This document shows, one piece after another, positions 1 through 14,248 of a stretch of 64,000 nucleotides of DNA. Every line of letters begins with the position of its first letter. Positions within the stretch are counted from its first letter, which is position 1. Made by a program: the position numbers and the translations under genes. This DNA comes from Octopus vulgaris (Eukaryota), in NCBI GenBank assembly GCA_951406725.2, contig OX597828.1:20398001-20462000 (forward strand). The letters are read 5' to 3'. The notes beneath the pieces were generated by a model, which was not told where the DNA came from, did not search any database, and was given only the letters and a program-made list of their open reading frames with translations.

Positions 1-337
1 CTACTATAGCCTCGGACCGACCAAAGTCATGTGAGCGGATTTGGTAGACGGAAACTGAAAGAAGTCCGTCGTATATATGTATATGTATATGTATGTGTAT
101 GTTTGTGTGTCTGTGTTTGTGTCCCCCAACATCGCTTGACAACCGATGCTGGTGTGTTTAAGTCCGCGTAACTTAGTGGTTCAGCATAAGAGACCAATAG
201 AATAAGTACTAGGCTTACAAAGAACAAATCCTGGGGTCGATTTGCTCGAGGCTATAGTACAAGACACTTGCCCAAGCTTCCACGCAGTGGGACTGAACCC
301 AGAACCATGTGGTTGGTAAGCAAGCTACTTACCACAC
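1..337. mobile_element. SINE family A fragments: body on + (1-248) joined to an inverted tRNA-like head (~247-337)
   Basis: Matches the full copies at 49222 and 57091 (GGATTTGGTAGACGGAAACTGAAAGAAG..., AGAATAAGTACTAGGCTTACAAAGAA). The second half is the reverse complement of the head (GGTAAGTAGCTTGCTTACCAACCACATGGTTC). Confidence 0.85.
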
Positions 338-367
338 GTCAATTCTGGTGAAGTCTCTTTACTGATA

Positions 368-1110
368 TTGGTTTCAAATTTTGGCACAAGGCCAGCAATT
401 TCGGAGTGGGTGGTGTAAATCGATTACATAGACCCCAGTACTCAACTGGTACTTATTTTATTGATCCCGAATGGCATGCAAGGCAAAAGCGATCTCAGCG
501 GAATTTTAACTCAGAATGTAAAGACGGACGACAGGCTGCAAGCATGTAACGATTTGCCATCTCACTGCCTTAGACTTCAAATTTTGGCCCATCGCCAGCA
601 AATTCAGGGTAAGGAGCCAGCCGGTTACATCGACCTTAGTACTCAACTGGTACTTATTTTATCGACCCCAAATGTGATGAAAGGCAAAGGCGACCTCGGC
701 TGAACTTTATCTCAGAATGTGAAGACGGACGAAACACCGCTAAGCATTTTGTCCGGCGTGCTAACGATTCTGCTTGCTCGTCGCCTTACTACTTATTACT
801 AATATCGCTTTTAAATTTTGGCACAAGGCCAGCAATCATGAGACGGTGGGTATGTCGATTTCATCGACCCCACCACCTATTTCTCAATTAATATTTATTT
901 TATAAATAAAAGTCAGCAAATCTGTGGGAGGGTGCTAAGTGGATTTCATCAACTCCCATTTTTCAACTGGTACTTATTTCATCGACTCCAAAAGGATGAA
1001 AGGCAAAAACGATCTCAGCGGATTTTGAACCCATAACCGAAAAAATCGACGTATTGCCGCTAAACATTTCCACCCCGATGTCTTAACGATTCAGCCAGCT
1101 CAATACCTTG
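368..1110 (-). mobile_element. Tandem cluster of ~4 diverged SINE family B copies
   Basis: Repeated TTTTGGCACAAGGCCAGCAA...ATCGACCCCAGT.CTCAACTGGTACTTATTTTATCGACCCC..AAGGATGAAAGGCAAAG; reverse complement of the + copies at 24990, 32698 and 41624. Confidence 0.85.
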
Positions 1111-1444
1111 GGGACATTACTAATATTAAAGTTGAAATCCAATTAGTGCCGAAAGGAGCGACCTTATTCTTTTTATAGCAACTATATTATTAGCGTATAT
1201 TCGCTCTTAGAAAGTTAATTTGTCTCTAATTATATATTACTGTTAATTGCTGTATTTCATGACGAAATGTTGAGGCGAAGTTTTATAATGGTGGCTTTGC
1301 ATGCATTATTATGCAGTGGATGATTACATACACCACGTATGTTGTTTGTTGTAAAGTGTTAAATGACGAATTCCTGAAACAGAAGGCTTTTGAGGGAGAA
1401 ATTCAAAAGATTTTGTATGAAAAAAACAAATTAATCATGTTTAA

Positions 1445-1885
1445 GGTTGGTCCAAGGCCAACAATTTTCAGAGAAGGGAACAAGTCGATTACACTGACCA
1501 CAGTATCTAGCTGGTACGTATTTTATCGACCGCGGAACAATGAAAACTTAAGTTGACCTTAGCGGAATTCGAATTTAGAGTCGGAAGAAATACTGCGGGG
1601 CATTATTTTCGACGCGCTACTAATTCTGCCAGCTCGCTGCCTCAGACAAGATAAAATTAAAAGAAGGCATATTAGTATTGGTTTTACATTTTGGCATAAG
1701 GCCAGCAATTTCGGAGGAGGAAGTAAGTCGATTACATTGACCCCAGTGCACAACTGGTACTTATTTTGTCGACTCCAAAATAATGAAAGACAAAGTCGTC
1801 CTCAGAAGAATTTAGACTCAGAACTTAGAAATGCCTCTAAGCATTTTGTCCGACGTGCTAACGATTCTGCCTGGGCGGTGCCTTA
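1445..1885 (-). mobile_element. Two SINE family B copies nested in the hAT fossil
   Basis: Same conserved blocks as 368-1110, ending in GCTAACGATTCTGCC..CTCGCTGCC (reverse complement of the head). Confidence 0.8.
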
Positions 1886-2447
1886 AAGCCAATTAATATT
1901 TGAAGGAAGCGAATGAATACTTTAAACAGTTGTACTATATTTTCAAAGTAATAAATAAGCTATATCGGTGCCATACTATATTTCTTGGGGGATAGGCAAA
2001 TCCCTGAAATTCCTATGTAATTCAGAGGATCTTGTGAAGTAAGCAGTTATTTCTAAGGGTTGTAGAACGTGGTCAAAGTATGTTTCCAAGAAGTAATATG
2101 ATATTGCAATGTCAAACAATACAATCCCAAGCTGTACTACAGCTATTTCTTGAGATTTTAAAGGACTGATTTCAACATTAAAAACACACGAGGTGTTTAA
2201 TATTCAGACAGGTAAATGGATGGGTAGAAGTAAAGATGCTGAAATTATGGTTTATGTGCGACACCATTCCGGAAAACGTCTTAGAAGAATACATTTCAGT
2301 CTGCAAACCGTTTTCTAATTCAACACCAGAAAATGGTAGACGCTTCTTGTTATGAAAGTGGCATTAATCTGGTGTTATTGTTTCAGTATATAATCCAACG
2401 GGGCACCATTAATACTCGGAACTCTCCAAGGGTTTTTCAAAAATATA

Positions 2448-2812
2448 ACTCTTTTACTCTCTTTTACTTGTTTCAGTCGTTTCACTGCGGCCATGCTGGA
2501 GCACCACCTTTAATCGAGCAAATGGACCCCAGGACTTATTCTTTGTAAGCCTAATATTTATTCTATCGCTCCGTTTTGCCGAACCGCTAAGTTACAGGAG
2601 CGTAAACACACCAGCATCGGTTGTCAAGCGATGTTGGGAGGACAAACACAGACATACAAACATATACACATACATATATATGTATACATATATACGACGG
2701 GCTTCTTTCAGGTTCCGTTTACCAAATCCACTCACAAGGGTTTGATCGGCCCGAGGCTATATACCATGTGGTTGGTAAGCAAGCTACTTCCCACACAGCC
2801 ACGCCTGCGCCT
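2448..2812 (-). mobile_element. SINE family A copy with an internal deletion
   Basis: Head (rc GGCGCAGGCGTGGCTGTGTGG) at 2790-2812, (CTCTTTTA)n tail at 2448, internal CA/TA microsatellite. Confidence 0.9.
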
Positions 2813-3923
2813 ATGAGAGAAATGAATCTGCAAATTAAAGTTATCTCCCTGTCTTCCTCATTTTTAGTTTTTTGTTTTGCTTTTCGATGTTTTCGTTATT
2901 TTTTTTTAAACGTGAGAAACTTTTTTTCTTTCAAGCAGTATATCATTGGAGTTGGCTATAATGGTGAATAGCATTGTTCAAATTATAAATCTTTCTATTA
3001 AAAACCTCCCAGTAACAAACCCTTCATGGATTTTGTTATCCAGTCGGATCTCACTATGAGCATTTACTATATTACTTAGTGATGGGATGGTTATCTCATT
3101 TTGCGGAAAAGTTCTTCTGCTCTTCAGATTTGCAGCGATTTTATGTTATTAAGAAGTCAAGTAGAAATCGCTTTATATGAAAAAAAGAAATATTCTGCTG
3201 TTCAAGATTAATAGATTCTTGTGGTTTCTACAATTAGCTTATCTTTTCGATATTTTGTTCGGATTGAATTACTTAAGTATCTCTCTACAAGGTTGTGATC
3301 AAACAATTATTGACTTAATGGAGAAAATAAATGCGCTTAAGAATAAGCTCAAATATATCTATAGAATGAAGGTGGAGCAATGAAAATCTACATCTTTTAC
3401 CCGTATTCAATCATCTGAAAGATTGCAGAAATAATTTCAATGACAGGATATTATCTTTAGGTATCTCGCAATATTGAGCGAAGGTTTCAATCAGTTTATT
3501 CCAATAGAAGATCCTGAGAGATATGACAAGGCACAAACTTCATTTAGTACTGATGTTAACGATTTAGCATGGCAGGCTTTCTAGCATTAATGAATTTCAA
3601 GAACCGTTTATTGAAAGTTTAAAATGATGTGACAGTTGTAACTTCAATAAAAATGTCAATTCTGTCGAGAACTATAGATACATTTTGGTCGAATGTTAGG
3701 AAGGATTTTTCGAGTTGATTCCCATACCATATTTGTATGAATGCTGAAAGGAGTTTTCAGATTTAATAAACACAACCGCAATTTGACTTAAAATGTAGCT
3801 TATCTTAATTAAATAGCTTAACCGTTTCTCGGGAAATTATTTAAATATGACAGTTTCATGTAAGTAAAGAGATTGGAAAAAGATTTACTGTAAATCAGTA
3901 AATCTACCGCATAATGGCAAATA

Positions 3924-4236
3924 TTTTTTTATGCGCTCTTTGCAACCCTAGCCAGGCTCATGAGCCCGGTTTTCCGTTTTCTGTGGCGTATGTGTTCCCC
4001 CCAGCTGAACAGGACACCAGTCCATCGCAGAGTTACCCAAGAAACAGGAAGAAAGAGTGAGAGAAAGTTGGGGCGAAAGAGTACAACAGGGTTCACCACC
4101 ACTCCCTGCCGGAGCCTCGTGGAGCTTTATGTGTTTTCGCTCAATAAACACACACAACGCCCGGTCTGGGAATCGAAACCGCGATCCTCCGACCTTGGTC
4201 CGCTGCCCTAACCACTGGGCCATTGCGCCTCCACAA
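3924..4236 (-). mobile_element. SINE family D (tRNA-Arg-like head), full length with 11-bp TSD
   Basis: rc head GGAGGCGCAATGGCCCAGTGGTTAGGGCAGCGG...GGTTTCGATTCCC (A/B boxes). AATGGCAAATA is duplicated at 3913-3923 and 4237-4247. Confidence 0.9.
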
Positions 4237-4334
4237 AATGGCAAATAGCTGATATGTAAATACAGAGCAGGCATATAAACTTAGGCCTACTAAATAATAA
4301 ACCCAGACATTTTTTAGATTATATTATAGATAAA

Positions 4335-4745
4335 GGTAGAGAGCTAACAGAATCCTTAGCGCATCCGGAGAACGCTTAGCGGCGTTTCTACTGACGCCTT
4401 AGGTTCTAAGTTCAAACACCAGCGAGGTCGATCTTGGCTTTTATGCTGTCAGGCCCGATAAAGTAAGTACCAGTTGAACAGTGGTATCGGTATAATCGAC
4501 TTGGCACCTTCCCCAAAATTTCAGCTCTTGTGTTTCTATTAGAAAGATTTATTACTAAACGTGGCGAAGGGCAGACTCGTTTGCGCGTCAGGAAAATATT
4601 TATCGGTATTTCTTCCAACACTTTACATTCGAATTTCAAGTATGGCTGAAATCAATTTTGCTTTTCATTCTTCCAGGGTCGATAAAATAAGTACCAGTTT
4701 TTCCCTTGCCGAAAATTTCAAACCTGGTGGCTATAGTAGAAAGTA
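4335..4745 (+). mobile_element. Two diverged SINE family B copies
   Basis: GAGCTAACAGAATCCTTAGC...AGTTCAAA...CGATAAAGTAAGTACCAGTT blocks. Confidence 0.75.
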
Positions 4746-5587
4746 TATTATTACTAAATCTCGATGTAAAATAATAATTAAATATTATTTAAAACTTCAA
4801 TACTATCTTTTCGTGATAACGAAGTAATTTAATTGTGATATGTGTATGTATTAAATGACAAGAGATAGGCCATGCTTCTACGATTATATCTACGAGACAT
4901 AAATAATTTCCTTTAGAATTATCGGCAACAGTTTTCGTAAGATAAATGGCAACGAAAAATAAATTTAGAAAATCGCATTAATTGTAAAATTAATTGGCTA
5001 TTCTCAGTCGCAGATACAGTCTTCAAGCTTATAAATTTATTTTCAATATTTGGTAGAGTTACGTGGAAAATTAAACAAAATAACAAAATTATCCGCCATT
5101 TTCTTATACAAAATCGTCTTTCATTCTTTAATTAAATATCAAATTACACCTCATTATATTTAGTCCTACCAAAAGAAACAAAACTCGGTTGTGAAAGGGA
5201 TGAATAAAATGTATTATTTTTGTTTTTTCTTTATATCTATAGTTCTTTCAAAGTAATTAAAGCAGCATCCTTCTTATAATAAATATTTGATTCTATCTTT
5301 TTGCCGGGTCATTTGCTCAATTAATATTTTTTTTGGTTTTATACATTTTTGTCTTTATACATATGAGATCATTTCTACTAATACGTATGGTATGTTAGTA
5401 TATATGCAAATGCAAACACACACACACACACACAAACTCTCTCTCTCTCTCTTCCTTTCGCTCTCTTTTTCACTATCTCTCTCTTTCACACCCACATACC
5501 CTTACACAAACACACTCTCACACGCACATATATACGCATATGAAGACAAACAGACAACCAGACAGACAGACGTACATACATACATAC

Positions 5588-5662
<75 letters not shown>

Positions 5663-6561
5663 AAGAAACGATGGTTATGAATTCGTTTTACAGTTTTCAT
5701 CACAGCCACCGGTTGGTACGAGATTATGTGTGATGTTGTTTAGATTGATGGAAACTGCGTAAAAATTCATTGAATAGACGGACCATGCCCATAATTCAAA
5801 GTTATAGCCTTGTCATACTCTTGTCACGCAGATTAAACGTCAGAAAATTACGTTAAGTGTATACGAGTTCCTCAGCCATTTTTCTGTGGAACACGAGTTA
5901 TTCAGCAATTTCTCAAGCTAATTCAATAACAATCGTTCATTAGATCACCGACAAATTCGTCACATATACGTCGAAAACGGCAGCAGACGTGGACAACGAT
6001 GAGCGCGTCGTTCAGTTGTCTCAACTATCAATTTTTCACAAACAAAACAACAAATATCCATGTTAGCATAGTCGAAATTTTGTTTCTATCACCGGGCCTA
6101 TTTTCCGCAGAATAAACCATTTAAAAGAAAAACTATATACCCACAGTGGGCGTACTGGAAAATATTTGTGAGACACAAACAAAAATGGACGACATGATTT
6201 TTCAAAAATGTGCCACGGCATATATGCATAAGTGTATGTTTGTGGATATGTGAACGTGTGTGTGTGTCTTTCTTAATCCTTTTTTATAGCCTGGTTTATA
6301 ACTTCGTGCAGATATGTTTGAGCGCTTAATAAGGTCTCTTCGCATGCACATGTTTTAGGTTTCAATCCCACTACACGGTAGCTTGGATTAGTATAGTTTG
6401 CCATCGCGCCGGACCGTCCAGTGCCTTGTCAGTGAATTTGGTAGAAAGAAATTGTATAGAAGCCCGTCGTATACATACATACCTACATACATACATACAT
6501 GCATACTTGCATTCATGCATATATATAATATATATATGCATATATATGTATATATATATGA

Positions 6562-6605
<44 letters not shown>

Positions 6606-6608
<3 letters not shown>

Positions 6609-7070
6609 AATACAAAAAATGGGACAAGAACGCAAAACATCCAAACAGTTAGATTATACAAAAAGGGACAACAAAACATCCAGACAGACGATACAAGAAG
6701 AAACAAGGACTGGTCATTTAGTTTTCTTTCCTCAGTCGAGTTCTAGATTATCTTTGCAATTTCGGTTGCTTATACTCGAGATTGCTCCAATCTGGCCAGC
6801 CCCAAGGAAAAACTAAGCTAAGAGCATTAGATTCCTTGGAAGAAAGCAGCGAATGTATACGAAAACAAGGACGGAAAAAAAACGGAGCAGTGTTACACAA
6901 ATACAAATGCAAATAACAGGACATTAACAACTGGTGTCTTTCGACTAAGGACGAATTGGATTAAGCTGGCGTGTGTGGAAGTGAAGCCTTACGGCAGGGA
7001 CATAGGAAATGACAGGCATGGGGAGGAATATAGATGTTGCACGGTTGGTATTCGAACCAAGAAAGAAAGG
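6606..7070 (-). repeat. Interspersed repeat abutting (TA)n, probably a retroelement terminal repeat; homologue at 9370-9615 on +
   Basis: Shared blocks AATCTAATGCTCTTAGCTTAG and CCAGATT...AATCT(A/G)GAA in opposite orientation. Confidence 0.55.
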
Positions 7071-7906
7071 TCAGGGTTGGCCATATGTATGTGTGCGCAT
7101 GCATGTGTGTGAGACAGTGTGTGTGCTTGCGTGCGTACGTGTGTGTGAGTGTTTCTTTGCGTTTCTTCCTACACTAACCGACAATCTGTTTGTTTATGTC
7201 CTCGTACCTATTAGTTCGATAAAACAAATGGAAAGAAATAAGTATTGCGATCGATTTGTTCAACAAAGACCGTCAAAGGAGTGCCCCAACATGGCCACAA
7301 TCCAATGCCTGAAGCAAGTAGATGAATAATGGGCTAATTAAAGAAATACAGTTACTGGAATTTCAATAGCAACATTTAAAAATTAAATTTTAGAAAAGTC
7401 TTGCATATTTTCACAGTTCCGCTTACCGAGGGAATTATGGAATAGATGTTTGATAAGTTCTTTTCCTGCGCACGTATATCCAACTTTTGCAGATTATATA
7501 CTCTAGTAATACATAGTGAGTGTGAATATATATGTATGTATGGGCATATATATGCCTCTGTATGCGTGTGTGTGTATGTGTATGTGCAGGGCGAGAGCAT
7601 GTAGGCATATATAAATAAGCGTATTATTGATCTGTGATAGATTATAATCATCGATACACAACTTGGCAAGACTTCTTCCTAGACGATCAAGTTGTCATAT
7701 CTGTTATTATTCTGTTATCCAAAAATCTGACCCTGGAATGGCAAAATCACATATACAAACATACATACATACATACATACTTACATACATAGAGGTAGGT
7801 AGGTAGATAAATCGATAGACAGATAGATTCATAGATATATATATATATATATATATACATAATCACATATATATGTATATGTATACACACACACACACAC
7901 ACACAC

Positions 7907-8010
<104 letters not shown>

Positions 8011-8150
8011 TTTACACAGACAGAGAGATAGCTAGACATATAGACAGATAGGTAAATGTTAGACAGCTACATGGATAGATAGAGAAACGTACTTACATAT
8101 ACATAATACATGAATATATTTATGTACATATATACATATATATACATATA

Positions 8151-8159
8151 TACATGTAA

Positions 8160-8228
<69 letters not shown>

Positions 8229-8395
8229 TTTAAATCACAGGGTTTTGATTAAAATTACATGCTTAGGTACCAGTAGTTGCCTGAAATCCAGCCCCCACCC
8301 CTATTGCAGGGAAGAGGAGAAACGAAAGGGAAACTCGGCAGATTTGAAATAGCGCATAAGGGAGAAGATAAAGTCAAGGAGAAAAGAACATAACC

Positions 8396-8457
<62 letters not shown>

Positions 8458-8728
8458 ATCTATCATTATGGCTGCTTTTCTACCTGTCTCTGCGTCACTG
8501 TATCTCTCTGTCTATCTATTTATGTAAACGTGTGTGTGTACATATATATATGTGTGTGTACATATATAACGGCGGTGCATCAGCGTTATATATGTACACA
8601 CATATATATATATGTACACACACACGTTTACATAAATAGATAGACAGAGAGATACAGTGACGGGTAGAAAAGCAGCCATAGACAGAGAGATACAGTGACA
8701 GGTAGAAAAGCAGCCATAATGATAGATC

Positions 8729-8799
<71 letters not shown>

Positions 8800-8963
8800 G
8801 GTTATGTTCTTTTCTCCTTGACTTTATCTTCTCCCTTATGCACTATTTCAAATCTGCCGAGTTTCCCTTTCGTTTCTCCTCTTCCCTGCAATAGGGAGGG
8901 CTGGATTTCAGGCAACTACTGGTACCTAAGCATGTAATTTTAATCAAAACCCTGTGATTTAAA

Positions 8964-9024
<61 letters not shown>

Positions 9025-9033
9025 TTACATGTA
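8151..9033. repeat. ~880-bp inverted repeat (fold-back) with a 12-nt spacer
   Basis: 8228-8571 is the reverse complement of 8584-8964. The symmetry continues through both flanking (TA)n tracts to TACATGTAATATATGTAT / ATACATATATTACATGTA. Confidence 0.95.
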
Positions 9034-9689
9034 GACTTTTGTAAGCTGCTTCCCGTAATAAATGAGACACTTTTATTAAAATCTGATTTGTAATTTACAT
9101 TCATTTATATACTTATGAGTCGACAATTTACATTCTTTGCATTCATGCCAAAAATTACACCGATCTATCTTTCTGTATATATATCTGTTTCTCTATCCAT
9201 TTATCTATCTATATATCTACCTGAATGTATGTCTGCCTGGCTATTCATCTACCATCCTGTTTGTCTACCAATCAATTAATCAATCAGTCTTTCTCGCTCT
9301 TTTGCTCTATCTTTCTCTCTTCCCCTCTCCCTCGCTCTATATATGTGTGTGCGCGTGCGTGCGTGCGTGTGTGTGTTTGTATTTGTAATTGTGTAAAATG
9401 TTCTCCCTTCTTTTGTCATTGTTTTCGTACGCAATCGCTTGCTCTCTTACAAAAATCTAATGCTCTTAGCTTAGACTTTTTGGGGGCAACCAGATTCCAA
9501 CACCCTCAAGTGTAACTGCCCGAAACTGTAAGGATAATCTGGAAAATTCCCTGACAAAAGAAGGCCACAATTGACCCATCCTTATTTTACTGACCTATTG
9601 CGTTTTTGTTGTATGTTATACACACACACACATACACATATAAGTTATTTTATTTCACACGAGTAGAAATTTTGCAAAAGTAGAAGTTG

Positions 9690-10504
9690 AAAATGCACTG
9701 AGAATAGTAAAAATATTTTAATTTTATTTAAATATTTAACCGGTTTCACAGTTTACACTAGCTTTCAAAAGCTGATATACAAAGACGTGAACTATGCCGC
9801 AAATGGCTTGCTAGTGTTTGAAGCTTGTCCTATTTTTATAGGGAGTACATAGCTCAAATTAGTATATGTTTTGGATAGGACTCGAATGATTGCGGAAAGT
9901 CAGATGACTTGTCTTAGGAAGTTTTGTAGGTTGCCGGCAACGTCATGTGTTAATATCGTGGCAATGTTTGGCGTAGTAAGTTAAGGCTGGCACGGTTGAA
10001 TGATGTCTAGTGACAGTACTTTACAATGTTTTTTGTCAAGTGTTGTAGAAAATATTCACGTGATTAAGTTTAGAGCCGTTTGTACGTTTCCCGCTTCGTC
10101 CGTGTGTTATAGCGTCACATGACAGTATATCTTGGGATCGAGTGAAGATGTTTAGTTACCGTTAAGACACTCTAAATTTAATCTGCCAAGTAGGACAGTG
10201 GATACGAGTCGTTTGTATGTAGTCCAATGGTTACAATTTAGGTTGTTACCTGTGTAGATTCCTCATGTTCAGTGGCAGAATGAATTTTGTGAATGAATAA
10301 TTATTTGTGTATGTACTCTGATGAAGTTTTTTGAGTCTCTGCTTGTATTTTTATATGAATGTATTTTCGTTGTTTATCCGTGCTTCATCTGTGGTATTTA
10401 TTAAACAAAGGTAGAGTGGGAACACCTGGAATTTGCGCTACTTAGTTTTTGTACATATGTCTGTGTCCGCTCAGTGGAATCTGTCTAGTACTGGGGTCTC
10501 GTAT
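9690..10504 (-). mobile_element. 5'-truncated Penelope-like element: GIY-YIG C-terminus plus 3' terminal region
   Basis: Minus-strand translation 'IRDPSTRQIPLSGH.DICTKTK*RKFQVFPLYLC..RINNENTFI*KYK' resembles PLE endonuclease ends. A degenerate hammerhead-like motif (TTGAAAG..TAGT GTAA ACTG..GAAAC CG GTT) lies at 9736-9770. Confidence 0.6.
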
Positions 10505-10735
10505 TAGGAATGAATGTCCCCAAATTTAGACCACAAGTAGTTTCTTGAGATATCGAGGACGTTTCTTACAATCCTTACTGTTCCCAATACAGCAGATTTC
10601 TGAATCAATGCAGCTCTTGTAGTTACATCAATCTCAATAAGTTAAGTATGTTGGTGACGATATCTAGGAGACCTGTAACAACTGAGATTACTTTTGTAGA
10701 AACGCCGCTAATGATTCGGAGTTCAAACTCCGAAT
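10505..10735 (-). mobile_element. R4/Dong-clade non-LTR retrotransposon 3' fragment next to a (TAA)n tract
   Basis: Minus-strand 'ELRII..TKVISVVTGLLDIV' and 'LIQKSAVLGTVRIVRNVLDI' match the R4/Dong RLE C-terminal signature (VIPVV.GALG...LQK..LLGTA.ILR.VL). It abuts (TTA)n at 10735. Confidence 0.7.
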
Positions 10736-10777
10736 TATTATTATTATTATTATCATTATTATTACTACTAACGCTAC

Positions 10778-10849
<72 letters not shown>

Positions 10850-10958
10850 GATTATTATTATTATTATCATTATTATTACTACTACCGCTACTATTATTAT
10901 TATTTTTGTCATCGTCATCATCATCATCATCGTCATCGTCGTTATTATTATCATCATT

Positions 10959-10993
<35 letters not shown>

Positions 10994-11025
10994 TATCATC
11001 ATCAACATCATTATTATTATTATTG
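10735..11025. repeat. Compound (ATT)n/(ATC)n microsatellite
   Basis: Directly visible. Confidence 0.98.
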
Positions 11026-11741
11026 TTATGGTGTTTAAAATTTTGGGTCAAGGTCAGCAGTGTCAGGGGTCAGTCGATTACATCGAACCCAGGGCTCAAA
11101 TTGCTTCTTATTTTATTGACCGCGAAAGGATGAGAGGCAAAGTCGACTTCGGGGGAATTTCCACTGAGAATCTTGTGTGACGTGATAACCAGGAAACGGA
11201 TAGCAGCATTTTGTCCGTCTTTACGTTCTGCGTTGAAATTCTACTGAGGATGACTTTGCCTTTATTCTTTTCCGGGTGGGGTTCGATGTTATTCTACCCC
11301 CACCTCACACACACTCCTCAAATCTGCTGGCCTTGTGCCATAATAAAACAATCATTGGTTTCGATAATTTATACATTTAATTATGTAATTATTTAATTAC
11401 GTAGAAGGCGTAGTGATGGTCATCGTGGTAGTAATGGTATTATACACGGTGGTGTTGGTGGCTGGTGGTTGGGGATCATGGTGGTGGTAGTTGTAGCAGT
11501 GATGGCAGTTGTGATTGTGGTCATAGCAGACACGACGGTGGTGGTGGTGGTGGTGGTGGTGGTGCTACTGATTGCTGGAGCTGCTGCTGAGAGTGGTTGT
11601 ACATACAGTAGGTGTGCTGGTAGTGATGGTGGTGGTAATGGTGGTGGTGGTGGTTGGAATGGTGGGGGAAATTACAGGATGATAAATGTAATAGGTTTCG
11701 TGGTTGTAGTTAGTAGTCACGAAGACGACGGCGGTTATTAC

Positions 11742-11820
<79 letters not shown>

Positions 11821-12049
11821 AGTAGTAATAGTAGTAGTAGTAGTAGTAATAGCAGTAGTAGTATCGTCATCATCATCCTCATTATCTTCATCATCATTAA
11901 TGTGCTTCTTCTTCTTCTTATTATTATTATTGCGTCACTAGGGGGTTAACAATTGGATGACAGATATGGCGGCATGAATGTCTAGGAAGAAATCTTGCCA
12001 ACTTTTTATATTGATCTTCTAAATGTAACACAGATCAATAACTGGAAAT

Positions 12050-13082
<1,033 letters not shown>

Positions 13083-13463
13083 CATGCATTCTTGAATTCA
13101 TACATTCTTGCATATTTATTTCAATATATATGTATGAAATTCTTGCAGTCAAATTATCGTTTATTATTATAGTATATATGTGTGTGTGTGTCTTTGTACG
13201 TGGTTTTCGGTGTATAAGTGTTGTTGCTTGTCTGTTCGTATCCATGTTCAACTTTTATTAACCAGATAATAGCTCGCAGCCATGCAGTGGTTTTGCATAC
13301 GTTCTTCTCTCTCTTCAAATGTCAGACCACATGGATACATTTGCACAGATGGGAGGCATTACCTGGCTTCGAATAGTAACAGCGAGGCTACTCGTATACT
13401 TTATTATTTTGATATTTTATTAGCCTCTGTTTTAAATCAAAGCTTAACGATCTATGATTCACT

Positions 13464-13525
<62 letters not shown>

Positions 13526-13578
13526 AAAAATGTCAAGGTAGAAAATGTTAAAAATTATTTTATCATAAAAAATGTTTT

Positions 13579-13611
13579 AGTACCGGTTTCGTCATTGTGA
13601 CTTTTTCAACT
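13579..13611 (-). ncRNA. Minimal type-I hammerhead-like motif, C3U/G8A core, in a Penelope-like terminal repeat (13523-13760)
   Basis: Minus strand: AG-UUGAAAAA-GUCA CAA UGAC-GAAAC CG GUA-CU. Palindromic stem III ACCGGT. Confidence 0.65.
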
Positions 13612-13766
13612 CTAAGTATGGAATTAAATTTTGGAAAAATTAAATGAAAAGTTTTTTAAAAGAATTTTTTGCATAGTATTGAAATAAAAGGGGAATTTTC
13701 CTTGTTTCTGCCTGTCTCTGTTTCTCTTGTTTACTCTTGTGGGTTCGAGATCGTTGTGAATTCAGA

Positions 13767-13916
13767 GAAGAAGAAGAAGAAGAAGAAGAAGAAGAAGAAG
13801 AAGAAGAAGAAGAAGAAGAAGAAGAAGAAGAAGAAGAAGAAGAAGAAGAAGAAGAAGAAGAAGAAGAAGAAGAAGAAGAAGAAGAAGAAGAAGAAGAAGA
13901 AGAAGAAGAAGAAGAA
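13767..13916 (+). repeat. Perfect (GAA)50
   Basis: 150 bp uninterrupted. Confidence 0.98.
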
Positions 13917-14176
13917 TACGGTAGCAGTATGTTAGTAGTAGGATGTTAAATAATCAAGTGCCCTGAAAGTGAATTGTTATGGACTGTAGTAGTAACTGAA
14001 TTCTTGAGATATCTCTTTTGAATGTATTTTGTTTTAATATTTGCGTAGGTGTTATTCTAAGCAGAAGTGGTAGTAAAGTAAGGAAGGAGGTGGCAGAGAA
14101 GAGAAAGAAGAAGAAAGAGAATACAAGAATGCAGGAGTGGTATGATAGTATATATGTATATGTGTATATATCCATT

Positions 14177-14230
<54 letters not shown>

Positions 14231-14248
14231 TATATCTATATATATATA

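Larger units (their letters stand above)
1250..3770 (+). pseudogene. Degenerate hAT (Charlie/Buster-like) transposase fossil interrupted by SINEs
   Basis: Collinear broken motifs: BED-like 'YVVCCKVLNDEFLK' (~1340), 'IAMSNNTI' (~2105), 'KDAEIMVYVR' (~2235), 'HYEHLLYY..WLS' (~3052), 'WFLQLAYLFDILFGLNYLSISLQG..INALKNKL' (ORF 3177-3383), 'PYLYE..FS' (~3725). Family assigned from recalled motifs. Confidence 0.7.

Noticed and set aside
368-1885. Regularly recurring motifs suggestive of a CRISPR array
   Set aside because: The units are ~200-bp diverged SINE copies without unique constant-length spacers; the context is eukaryotic and has no cas genes.
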